Below are positions 1 to 8,582 of a stretch of DNA of 64,000 bases, one piece after another. The notes beneath the pieces are model-generated. The model was not told the DNA's origin and did not search any database. It saw only the letters and a program-made list of their open reading frames with translations. This DNA is from Patescibacteria group bacterium (GTDB lineage Bacteria; Patescibacteriota; Patescibacteriia; JAXHNJ01). Both the position numbers and the translations under genes were made by a program. Position 1 is the stretch's first letter, and the number at the start of each line of letters is the position of its first letter. The DNA lies in NCBI GenBank assembly GCA_041649715.1, contig JBAZMP010000001.1, forward strand, positions 210,741 to 274,740, written 5' to 3'.

Positions 1-9
1 CCGGAAGGC

Positions 10-1068
10 TTGGATGCCGTTTTGGTCAAAGATAAGACCGGCCGCCTGAAAATGTGGCAGAACGGCCAGTTGAAAGAAATGAATGTTTCTCCGGCCTTTT
101 CCCCTTTACCAGCCGTGCCGCCCGCCCCCCCTCGCCTCCCTCCCTCTTTTGAACCGGAAGATGAGGCCGAGATAAAAAATCACACGGATAATCTTTCGCA
201 GTACGGGCCGTCCCAAAACTACAACGTGGAGGAAATTATCTCAAAAATAGCCGCTCGATACAAATTGACTTTTAGCGAAGAAATTTTTTCCAAGCGTTTT
301 ATTTCCATTATCACGGCCCGTCTTAAGGAATTTCGAAACCGCGCGGATACGCTCGATCTTCTGACGCGCTCGGTAAAAATCGGCGGCTTGGAGTATCCGC
401 CGGAATTGGCGGAACAGATTCTAGAAGATTTAGACAAAGAGATACCAAGATTGCAGCAGGTCAAACCGCCGCAAAAATCAAAACCGGAAAATATTCCGGT
501 CACTCCCCAGGAAGCCCTGAAGAAGTCCTTGATCCAGGCCAATGTCTTCCGCTCCCCGACTCCGGAGGTCGTGCCTCCCAAAAAGGTTCCTGTCAATCCC
601 GTTCCCTTAGAATCTGTCCCCCCAAAACCACCGATACCGGAATTAGAGCCGGAAAGGAAAGAAGTCGTTTCCCGTCCGATGATGCACCGGCCGCCCGCCT
701 CTTCCGCCAAACCGAGGATGGATGATATTAAAAGCCGGGCCAAGATTTTCGGCCCCATCGAAGAATTAAAAGCTATGACAGTCAATGATTTCCGGCGTTT
801 AGGCACGGCAAAAGCCACGGCGGCGCAAAGGGTCGCTGACAAGATCAATCTTTTAAGGGAGGATTCTTTTCATAAGTTTGCCGAAGGCCTGAAGGCTTGG
901 CGGGCGGGCGAAGTATATCAGCTTTATCTAAATATGGGCATGGAGAGCATGGAAAAAGGCAAGTCGATCCGGGAAACGATTGAAAGAATGACCAATGCCG
1001 GTTTGCCCACTCTTTCCGAGCAGGAATTCAATTCCATCGTTGACCTGAACCGCAAATTAAGATATTAA
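10..1068 (+). CDS. Hypothetical Pro-rich protein; possibly 5'-partial, since the frame is open to the window edge and the start is TTG
   Basis: 352-aa ORF. Pro-rich N-terminal half. No recognisable catalytic motif. Same strand as, and immediately upstream of, the T4SS-like genes. Confidence 0.45.
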   Translation: MDAVLVKDKTGRLKMWQNGQLKEMNVSPAFSPLPAVPPAPPRLPPSFEPEDEAEIKNHTDNLSQYGPSQNYNVEEIISKIAARYKLTFSEEIFSKRFISIITARLKEFRNRADTLDLLTRSVKIGGLEYPPELAEQILEDLDKEIPRLQQVKPPQKSKPENIPVTPQEALKKSLIQANVFRSPTPEVVPPKKVPVNPVPLESVPPKPPIPELEPERKEVVSRPMMHRPPASSAKPRMDDIKSRAKIFGPIEELKAMTVNDFRRLGTAKATAAQRVADKINLLREDSFHKFAEGLKAWRAGEVYQLYLNMGMESMEKGKSIRETIERMTNAGLPTLSEQEFNSIVDLNRKLRY

Positions 1069-1077
1069 CCTTAATAT

Positions 1078-1581
1078 ATGCAGTTTATTGTGCCCCAATT
1101 CATTGATGTCGAAAATAAGATAATTGGTCCGATTTCCGTCCGCCAATTTATCACTTTGCTCGTCGGCGGCCTTTTTATTTATGTCGATTATGAAATCTTT
1201 TTTCCTATCAGTTTTTGGCTATTCGCCATCATCGGCGTCGTGCTCCTGGGCGTGTCGGGCACTTTCGCTTTCCTCCGGATCAGCGGCCGGCCCTTCCATT
1301 ATTTCATCCTTAATCTTTTTAACACTTTCAAGGAGCCGCGCCTAAGAGTCTGGAACAAACAAACAAGTCAGAATGACCTTAAATACAAGGAGGAAAAAAT
1401 TATTCCGCCCGTCGTCATCCCGCAAAAAAAGCCGCTTTCGGCCACGCGGTTGGCTGAACTTTCCTTGCTCGTGGATACGGGCGGCGTCTACCATGACGAG
1501 GAGGCTTTGGAAGAATTAGAAGATAGGCCGGAAAAGATGGCCGTTAATACTCTAATTAAACAAAAAAACCATGCCCGCTAA
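1078..1581 (+). CDS. Small membrane protein, PrgI/VirB3-like (T4SS-associated)
   Basis: 167 aa. Two adjacent hydrophobic helices near the N-terminus (LLVGGLFIYV...FWLFAIIGVVLLGVSGTFAFL). Overlaps the next gene by 11 nt. Directly upstream of the VirB4 ATPase. Confidence 0.45.
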   Translation: MQFIVPQFIDVENKIIGPISVRQFITLLVGGLFIYVDYEIFFPISFWLFAIIGVVLLGVSGTFAFLRISGRPFHYFILNLFNTFKEPRLRVWNKQTSQNDLKYKEEKIIPPVVIPQKKPLSATRLAELSLLVDTGGVYHDEEALEELEDRPEKMAVNTLIKQKNHAR

Positions 1582-2251
1582 AATTACCGGAAAAAATCGA
1601 GCGGTCTCCACTCAGCGGTATCTCGATATCACGGAGATAAAAGACAACTGCGTTGTTTTGAAGGACGGCACTCTTCGGGCGGTTTTGATGGTCTCTTCGG
1701 TCAATTTTTCGCTGAAAGGCGAAGAAGAGCAATCGGCCATTATCCAGGGGTACGTCCAGTTTTTAAACGCTCTGGATTTTAATCTTCAGATCGTCATTCA
1801 GTCCCGGAAGCTAAACATCGATAATTATCTGGAGAGAATAAAAAAAGTGGAAAAAGAGCAGACCAATGAACTGCTGCGGCTGCAGACGGTCGAATACCGC
1901 CAGTACATTTCGGAGCTGGTGCAAATGGCCGATATCATGAGCAAAAGGTTTTACGTGGCGGTCCCTTATTCCGGAAAAAAGGACAAGCAAAAAAATTTCA
2001 TCGCCCACTTTCTCGAGTCTATTTCGCCGACCACCGCTATTCATCTTAAAAAGCAGAAGTTTGAAAAATATCAGCTGGAACTGTTTAAGCGCGTGGATTA
2101 CGTGCGCGACGGCCTTTCTTCCTTGGGTTTGAGGGCGGAACCCCTGGATACCCAGAGCCTGATCGAGCTTTTTTATAATACCTATAATCCCGTGACCTAC
2201 AGTCAGGAAAAATTAGCCGACATCAAAAAAATAAACGTGGAGACCCAATAG
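1571..2251 (+). CDS. Hypothetical protein in the T4SS-like operon (possibly a separately encoded VirB4 N-terminal-like domain)
   Basis: 226 aa, soluble. Start codon overlaps the stop of the upstream gene and it ends 8 nt before virB4. No Walker motifs. Confidence 0.35.
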   Translation: MPAKITGKNRAVSTQRYLDITEIKDNCVVLKDGTLRAVLMVSSVNFSLKGEEEQSAIIQGYVQFLNALDFNLQIVIQSRKLNIDNYLERIKKVEKEQTNELLRLQTVEYRQYISELVQMADIMSKRFYVAVPYSGKKDKQKNFIAHFLESISPTTAIHLKKQKFEKYQLELFKRVDYVRDGLSSLGLRAEPLDTQSLIELFYNTYNPVTYSQEKLADIKKINVETQ

Positions 2252-2259
2252 GGTATTTT

Positions 2260-4200
2260 ATGACTGAAATAAATCTATCAAAAGTAAAATTTTCCTCTCA
2301 GAAGATGGCCGCCGGCAGCCAGCCCGCCAAAAAGGTCACTTTACCCCAGGAAGCAAGAGAGATGATCGAGGCGGAAAGGATCTACCGGCGGGGCGTGATT
2401 TCCGTGCGTGATCTGGTGGCCCCAGCGGCCATGAAAGTAGAGAAGGATTATCTCCATCTGGGCGGCAAGTATGTCCGGACGGTTTTTGTCGTCACTTATC
2501 CCCGCTATATCTCGGTCGGCTGGTTTGCGCCGGTCATCAATCTGAATTTGACCCTTGATATCGCCATGTTTTATTATCCCGTTGAGTCAAAAATAATCTT
2601 AAAGCAGCTGAAAAATAAAGTCGGAAATCTTGAGGCGCAGATTCTTTCTGACGCGGAAAAGGGGGCTCCCCGTGACCCGATGAGGGAAACAGCCTTGCGC
2701 GACATTGAAAAGTTAAGAGATGATCTGACCCAGGGGACGGAAAAATTCTTCCAGTTCGCCCTGTACATCACTCTTTACGCCGATAAGGTGGAAGAGCTTA
2801 ATAATATCACCGAAAAGATCGAATCGATGTTCGGCGCCGTTCTGGTCTACAGCAAAAGGGCCCTTTTCCAGGCGGAGCAGGGATTTAATTCCACCTTGCC
2901 CTTGGGTCTGGATGAGCTGATGGTCACCTTTAACATGAATTCCTCCCCCTGCGCTTCGTCTTTCCCGTTTATTTCCGCGGACCTGACCTCGGATAACGGG
3001 ATTCTTTACGGCATTAACCGGCACAATAACAGCTTGATCCTGTTTGACCGTTTTTCCCTGGAAAACGCGAATTTAAATGTTTTTGCCGTTTCCGGCTCGG
3101 GAAAAAGTTACGCCGTCAAGCTGGAGGTCCTGCGCAGCCTGATGATGGGCACGGATATCATTATTGTTGATCCGGAAATGGAGTACAAATATCTTTCTGA
3201 CGCGGTCGGCGGCACCTATGTCAATATTTCTTTGAATTCCGAGAGCAAGATCAATCCTTTTGACCTGCCTAGGGCCATTCACGGCGAAGAGAAAACCGCC
3301 GATATTATCCGTTCCGCCGTCATCACCTTAAAATCCTTGGTGCGGCTGATGCTCGGGGAGCTGACCCACGAAGAGGATTCCATTGTTGACCGGGCGCTTT
3401 TGGAAACTTACGCCAAAAAAGACATCACGGCTGAATCAGATCTTTCAAGCATTGAACCGCCCTTGATGAAGGATTTTCAGGAAGTCCTGGAAGGGATGGT
3501 CGGGGCGGAAGAGCTGGTCCAGCGCCTGAAAAAATACACCGAAGGGACGTTCGCCGGCCTTTTTAACAGCCCGACCAACGTGGAAATAAACAATCAGCTG
3601 GTCGTTTTTTCCGTCCGTGACCTGGAAGATGAGCTCCGGCCGATCGGCATTTCCACGATTGTTTCCTTTATCTGGAACGTCGTCCGTTCCGAGCTTAAAA
3701 AAAGAATTTTGGTCATTGATGAGGCGTGGTGGCTGATGCAGAACGAAGACTCGGCCAAATTCATCTACGCCTTGGTCAAGCGCTGCCGCAAATATTATTT
3801 GGGGGTGACCACCATCACCCAGGATGTCAATGATTTTCTGCACTCACCTTACGGCCAGGCGATCGTCAACAACTCCGCTTTGCAGCTTTTGATGAAACAG
3901 TCGCCGGCGGGGGTGGACATTGTGGCCAAAACCTTTCTTCTTACCCAGGGCGAACGGTATTTGCTGCTGGAATGCGGGGTCGGCGAAGGGATATTTTTTG
4001 CCGGTACCAGACACGCGGCCATTAAAGTGGTCGCTTCCTACACCGAAGACCAGATTATCACTTCCGATCCTCGCCAGTTGCTGGAGATAGAAGCCGCAAA
4101 GAAAGAATTTGAAAAGACGGTGGCGGCGGAAGAAGGCGAAGAAAAAAATTATAAATCTTCCAAGGCCAGGGAGGCCGAAGAGGAGGAGGGGTTAGGCTAG
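2260..4200 (+). CDS. virB4: VirB4/TrbE/TraC-family type IV secretion ATPase
   Basis: 646 aa. Walker A FAVSGSGKSYAV. Walker B ILVIDEAWWLM (the DEAW motif typical of VirB4). Size and motif order fit VirB4. Confidence 0.8.
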   Translation: MTEINLSKVKFSSQKMAAGSQPAKKVTLPQEAREMIEAERIYRRGVISVRDLVAPAAMKVEKDYLHLGGKYVRTVFVVTYPRYISVGWFAPVINLNLTLDIAMFYYPVESKIILKQLKNKVGNLEAQILSDAEKGAPRDPMRETALRDIEKLRDDLTQGTEKFFQFALYITLYADKVEELNNITEKIESMFGAVLVYSKRALFQAEQGFNSTLPLGLDELMVTFNMNSSPCASSFPFISADLTSDNGILYGINRHNNSLILFDRFSLENANLNVFAVSGSGKSYAVKLEVLRSLMMGTDIIIVDPEMEYKYLSDAVGGTYVNISLNSESKINPFDLPRAIHGEEKTADIIRSAVITLKSLVRLMLGELTHEEDSIVDRALLETYAKKDITAESDLSSIEPPLMKDFQEVLEGMVGAEELVQRLKKYTEGTFAGLFNSPTNVEINNQLVVFSVRDLEDELRPIGISTIVSFIWNVVRSELKKRILVIDEAWWLMQNEDSAKFIYALVKRCRKYYLGVTTITQDVNDFLHSPYGQAIVNNSALQLLMKQSPAGVDIVAKTFLLTQGERYLLLECGVGEGIFFAGTRHAAIKVVASYTEDQIITSDPRQLLEIEAAKKEFEKTVAAEEGEEKNYKSSKAREAEEEEGLG

Positions 4201-4226
4201 AACAATCTTAATAATTCTTAAAATAT

Positions 4227-4829
4227 ATGAAAAGAATAATATTGATCGTCGGCGCACTCCTCGTTTTAATTTTAGCGGGCCTGGCGCTTTACTGGTTTTA
4301 TTTTAGACCGTCGCCCGCCAACCAAAATACGGCGCCCGAAAACAATAATGTCAATCAGGCCATAAACAGTCATCAAAACGATAACGGGAACGAGAATACG
4401 AATACGGCGGTCAATGATAACACGAACCAGACCGCCTCGCTTGGCTCAGAAAAGATCAGGCAGGTCAGCCGGATTTTCGCCGAACGTTACGGCAGTTACT
4501 CGAATGAAAATGATTTTGAGAATCTTGTCGCCCTGAAGACCTATATGACCGATAAGTTTCAGAAAGAAACCGACAATTATATCACGAGCGAAAAAAGCAA
4601 GCTGACGGGCAATGAAGCTTACTTCGGGGTGATATCCGAAATGCTCTCGGTCAATGTCATTTCTTTGACGGAAAATAGCGCCCAAGCGGCGGTCACTTTG
4701 AGGCGGACGGAAAGGAATGAGACCAGCCCGACCGGTACTTATTTTCAAAATCTTTCTTTAAAATTTGTTAAATCCGGAAACGATTGGCTGGTGAGCAGTG
4801 CTGCTTGGCAAGAAAAAATTACCCAATAA
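4227..4829 (+). CDS. Membrane-anchored secreted protein, Asn-rich low-complexity N-terminal region
   Basis: 200 aa. N-terminal TM (ILIVGALLVLILAGLALYWF) followed by an N/Q-rich stretch. Confidence 0.5.
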   Translation: MKRIILIVGALLVLILAGLALYWFYFRPSPANQNTAPENNNVNQAINSHQNDNGNENTNTAVNDNTNQTASLGSEKIRQVSRIFAERYGSYSNENDFENLVALKTYMTDKFQKETDNYITSEKSKLTGNEAYFGVISEMLSVNVISLTENSAQAAVTLRRTERNETSPTGTYFQNLSLKFVKSGNDWLVSSAAWQEKITQ

Positions 4830-4846
4830 AATAAGCAAGTATTTTT

Positions 4847-5365
4847 ATGCGGTTGGAAGAAGAAGGTGACAATCAGGAAGAATTGCAGGAGGAAGACGAT
4901 ATTCGGCGTGAGCAGGAGGAAAACGGTATACGGCGCGAAATGGAGAGCCAGCAACTGCAAGAAAGACGGAACGAAGAACAGGCGCGGCCGAATGTCGGAC
5001 AAGAAGAGTCAAACGGCCAAGAGGGGGGCAATAGCCGGGCCGGCGACGAAAAGTCAGATGCGCGGTCATTTTCCGAGACGATAAGGCAGGCCAAACAAGC
5101 GGCGGATAAGGTAAAAAAAGTGGCGGAAACAGCGAAAAAAGTCCACCGATTCGTGCGGGTAATGCAGATAATCTGGGGGGCGATAACTTTTGTCATAGGT
5201 ACCTGGTGGTTTTGGCTGATTGTGATCGCCTTATTGTTTCTTGCCATTATAATAGGTTTTTGTAAACAGGATCCCTGCCAGTGCACGGGAGCCGGCAATA
5301 TTTTCCCCACTTTTGGACAATTCATTTATGATTTATTGAATTTATATTGTAAGACGACTGGTTGA
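4847..5365 (+). CDS. Acidic low-complexity protein with C-terminal transmembrane hairpin
   Basis: 172 aa. E/Q/R-rich N-terminal half, then two hydrophobic helices (WGAITFVIGTWWFWLIVIALLFLAIIIGF). An overlapping minus-strand ORF (4873..5325) is taken as spurious because all neighbours are on +. Confidence 0.4.
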   Translation: MRLEEEGDNQEELQEEDDIRREQEENGIRREMESQQLQERRNEEQARPNVGQEESNGQEGGNSRAGDEKSDARSFSETIRQAKQAADKVKKVAETAKKVHRFVRVMQIIWGAITFVIGTWWFWLIVIALLFLAIIIGFCKQDPCQCTGAGNIFPTFGQFIYDLLNLYCKTTG

Positions 5366-5387
5366 AAGCAATTAAATATTCTTCATA

Positions 5388-6662
5388 ATGCCTAAAACAA
5401 AGATAATAATAATACTGACGGTCTTGGCCGGCTTTCTGCTGGCTCCCGCTTTGTTATGGGCGCAGACGGAAACGGCGAATCCGGAGATACCCCTGCAAAT
5501 AAAAATCCCTATTTTTTCCTCGCCTTGCGTCGATCAGGTAAAATACCCCGGCCGCAACTGCGTCAGTGATTTCGGCGATTACATCGGCCGGTTTTACAAA
5601 TATTTTTCCGGCGTCATCGGCATCCTGGCGGCGGCGATGATCGTTTTCGGCGGTTTCCAGTGGGTGACGGCTTCAGGCAACGCGAGCAGAATCCAAAACG
5701 CCAAAACGACGATCACCGGGGCGTTGGTAGGCGTGGTTTTAACCCTATGCGCTTATGTTTTTTTGAATACCATCAATCCGGACCTGGTCTCCTTGAGGTT
5801 CCCTAATTTATCCAATATAACGCGGCAGGTTTTGGGCACTAATTTCTGCGTGGATTTACCCACGCAGTCAGGCTTGCCGCTCGTGACCGATCCAGAACAT
5901 ATACCCTGTGGCCAATATAGGGGCTTTGATCAGTCTAAATCTACCACCACCTATACTCAAGATTATTGCTGCGGGAATTGGTGCGGCCCGGATGAAGACG
6001 GAAATTCGCAAGTCTGTGCGATAGCGTCAGGCGCAAGCGTTGACAAAAAATGTCCGGAAACTTGCCAAAGTCCCAAAAAAATCTGCGAGGATGCAGACGT
6101 CAGCCAATGTAAACAAGTTGACTCCAGTTTTGCCAGTCAGGGTATAAATAGTGTTTGTCGTCAGCTAGATAGAACATCATTTGTTCGCACGGGGGTAAGT
6201 GATACTTGTCGTTATGGCGAAATAGCAAAGAGTCCTTGCAGCACGGATGGGTCGTTAAAGAAGGTCGCCTGTAACTATTCCGGTATCAATAAAGATTTTG
6301 ATACGCCTTGCTGGAATGCTAGCGGGGCCCGCTATTTGGCAATAGGTGTCGCAAAAACGGTAGGTACTGTCACTTACCGTTATTGGTGCAATTCAACAGA
6401 TAGGATCGGGGTGGATACTGATTCATTTTGTTGTGCGCAAATAAGAAAGCAGGATATTAAATGTTTGAGTGAAAGTGAAGGCGCGGCGCAAAAAGATTAT
6501 GTCGAGGTCAGCTGTACGACCGCGATGGCTGACCTGGGGTATAGTCTCAGTTTTAATAGCATGCCCGGTAATTACGCCGACTCCTCCGTTTCTACTTGTG
6601 ATGGCGGCAGAAGGTGTTATATGCAGCTTAGTTTAAGGTACTCTACTTATACTTATAAATAA
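5388..6662 (+). CDS. Secreted protein with VirB2/TrbC-type T4SS pilin-like module and Cys-rich C-terminal domain
   Basis: 424 aa. Signal peptide. 70-aa module FYKYFSGVIGILAAAMIVFGGFQWVTASGNASRIQNAKTTITGALVGVVLTLCAYVFLNTINP (two hydrophobic helices around GN..AK, as in TrbC/VirB2 pilins). Then about 260 aa with more than 25 Cys. Confidence 0.6.
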   Translation: MPKTKIIIILTVLAGFLLAPALLWAQTETANPEIPLQIKIPIFSSPCVDQVKYPGRNCVSDFGDYIGRFYKYFSGVIGILAAAMIVFGGFQWVTASGNASRIQNAKTTITGALVGVVLTLCAYVFLNTINPDLVSLRFPNLSNITRQVLGTNFCVDLPTQSGLPLVTDPEHIPCGQYRGFDQSKSTTTYTQDYCCGNWCGPDEDGNSQVCAIASGASVDKKCPETCQSPKKICEDADVSQCKQVDSSFASQGINSVCRQLDRTSFVRTGVSDTCRYGEIAKSPCSTDGSLKKVACNYSGINKDFDTPCWNASGARYLAIGVAKTVGTVTYRYWCNSTDRIGVDTDSFCCAQIRKQDIKCLSESEGAAQKDYVEVSCTTAMADLGYSLSFNSMPGNYADSSVSTCDGGRRCYMQLSLRYSTYTYK

Positions 6663-6681
6663 TTCATTTTAATATAATCTT

Positions 6682-7938
6682 ATGTCTCTTTGGAAAAAAA
6701 TACTATTAATGGCGGGTTTTGTCGCGGTCGCGGTCGGTTTCGGCTATTTTATTTTCCGCGTCTTCTTCGGCCCGGCCAACGGCAATATCAACGGTAATAT
6801 CAACGGCAATGTTAACGGTGCTTTGCCGAACGCCAATTTGGTTAACCGGCCGCCGACCAATGAGAATGTTAATGGTGTCTTGCCGAATATAAATGTCGGC
6901 GGCAATGTCAATGCCGGCATTGTTCCCGTTTCGCCGGTCGCCGCCGGCGGCGCGACCGTCGTCAAAGAAATCACCGATAACCAGACGCAGGACGCGGTTA
7001 TGGACAGTAATAGCCGCGATTTTGTCTATTACGACAGGGCCAGCGGCGAATTCCGGAAAGTCTCGGCGGACGGTTCGCAGAAAAGCCTGCTTACCTCCGA
7101 TACCTTTCCCGCGGCCGACCAAGTCTATTGGTCGCCCAGCCGCGACAAAGCGGTCGTCGCTTTTCCCGATGACTCCAAGATCGTCTATGATTTCAACCAG
7201 AAAAAACAATACAGCCTGCCGGAAGAGACGACGGAATTTTCCTTTTCTCAAGATGGCCGCCAGATGGTCTACAAATATGAAGGATATAATGCCGAGGAAC
7301 GCTGGCTGGCGGTTTCAAACCCCGACGGTTCAGGATCAAAAATCGTGGAATCGATCGGAGACAAATCGGATTTTGTCAGTGTCGACTGGGCGCCTAACAA
7401 CCAGATCGTCGCCACCTACGCCCGTTCAATGGGCCTTGACCGCCAGGAAATAGTTTTTTTAGGGCAAAACAACGAGAATTTTCCTTCCGTGGAGGTGAAC
7501 GGCCGTAATTTCCAGTCTGCTTGGTCGCCAGCCGGTGATCGCATCATTTACAGCGTTTCCAGCAATGAGACCGATTATAATCCTACCTTGTGGGTCATGA
7601 ACGGCGCCATTGAGAATTTGGGCCAATACCCGCAGGAATTGGGAGTCGCCACCTGGCCGGACAAATGCGCTTTTGGCCTTAAAAATATCATTTATTGTGC
7701 CGTCCCCAAATACTTGCCTTCGGGCAGTGACATTTATCCGGAGCTGGCGGGCAACATCAGTGATGATTTTTATCGGATCGATCTTACCACGGGTGCCAAA
7801 ACCCTTCTTGCCACGCCCGTCAATTCTTCCGGTTACGGCAGTTACACCGCCGAAAAGGTCTTTCTTTCCGCTAATGAGGAATTTCTTTCCTTTACCGACA
7901 AAAGCACCGGCCGGCTTTATCAGATCCGTTTAAAATAG
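6682..7938 (+). CDS. Membrane-anchored TolB-like (PD40) beta-propeller protein with NGNINGN repeats
   Basis: 418 aa. N-terminal TM. (NGNI/V)x repeats. Repeated motifs with W/D/G spacing typical of PD40 blades: WSPSRDKAVVAF, FSQDGRQMVY, VDWAPNNQIVA, WSPAGDRIIY. Confidence 0.55.
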   Translation: MSLWKKILLMAGFVAVAVGFGYFIFRVFFGPANGNINGNINGNVNGALPNANLVNRPPTNENVNGVLPNINVGGNVNAGIVPVSPVAAGGATVVKEITDNQTQDAVMDSNSRDFVYYDRASGEFRKVSADGSQKSLLTSDTFPAADQVYWSPSRDKAVVAFPDDSKIVYDFNQKKQYSLPEETTEFSFSQDGRQMVYKYEGYNAEERWLAVSNPDGSGSKIVESIGDKSDFVSVDWAPNNQIVATYARSMGLDRQEIVFLGQNNENFPSVEVNGRNFQSAWSPAGDRIIYSVSSNETDYNPTLWVMNGAIENLGQYPQELGVATWPDKCAFGLKNIIYCAVPKYLPSGSDIYPELAGNISDDFYRIDLTTGAKTLLATPVNSSGYGSYTAEKVFLSANEEFLSFTDKSTGRLYQIRLK

Positions 7939-7940
7939 TT

Positions 7941-8576
7941 ATGGCCGCCATGGAAAAAAAGAAATTTTTTCTTAACGCGCTGATATATTTCGCTCTTTTT
8001 ACCCTGATTATATTTGCTGTTTCTGTCTTTAGGGGCTGCCAGAAAAATGATACTGTTATCCGGCCCGAGGTTTCAGGAAAAGACCCCCGGCTGGGAGAAA
8101 AAAACGCTAAGGTCACGATCATTGAATTCGGGGATTTTCAGTGTCCGTACTGCGATGAGCTAGCTCCCATCTTCAAAAAATTAAAGGACGAATATAAGGA
8201 GCAGCTGACCATTGTTTGGAAGGACTTCCCCTTGACGACCGTTCACGAAGAAGCTTTGTCAGCCGCCCAGGCCGCTCGTTGCAGCCAAAAACAGGGCAAA
8301 TTTTGGGAAATGCATGACGAATTATTTGCCAATCAGAGCCTATTATCAGCCGAACTTTATCCTAAATTATCCGCCAAGATAGGACTTAATACCGATCAGT
8401 TCATCGATTGTCTGAACAACGGCGAAACCCTAAGCTTGATTCAGAAGAATGTCAATGAAGGGGTGGCTCTCGGCGTGGACGGCACGCCTTATTTTTATCT
8501 TAATAATTACGTTATTACCGAGCTGATGAGCGAAGAAAGCCTGAAGGCTTTAATAACAACCGAATTAGCCAAATAA
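7941..8576 (+). CDS. dsbA: DsbA-family thiol:disulfide oxidoreductase
   Basis: 211 aa. N-terminal TM anchor. Thioredoxin CxxC active site FQCPYC. DsbA-like length. Confidence 0.7.
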   Translation: MAAMEKKKFFLNALIYFALFTLIIFAVSVFRGCQKNDTVIRPEVSGKDPRLGEKNAKVTIIEFGDFQCPYCDELAPIFKKLKDEYKEQLTIVWKDFPLTTVHEEALSAAQAARCSQKQGKFWEMHDELFANQSLLSAELYPKLSAKIGLNTDQFIDCLNNGETLSLIQKNVNEGVALGVDGTPYFYLNNYVITELMSEESLKALITTELAK

Positions 8577-8582
8577 TTAATA

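Noticed and set aside
219-848. 209-aa minus-strand ORF overlapping the first gene
   Set aside because: Low-complexity antisense ORF inside a same-strand operon. No start context.
4873-5325. 150-aa minus-strand ORF opposite the acidic membrane protein
   Set aside because: Antisense to a locally co-directional gene series. The plus-strand product has a coherent TM hairpin.
6706-7453. Several 76-186-aa ORFs overlapping the TolB-like gene
   Set aside because: These are alternate-frame or antisense products of a GC-rich coding region. Their composition is Arg/Pro-rich, as expected for out-of-frame translation.
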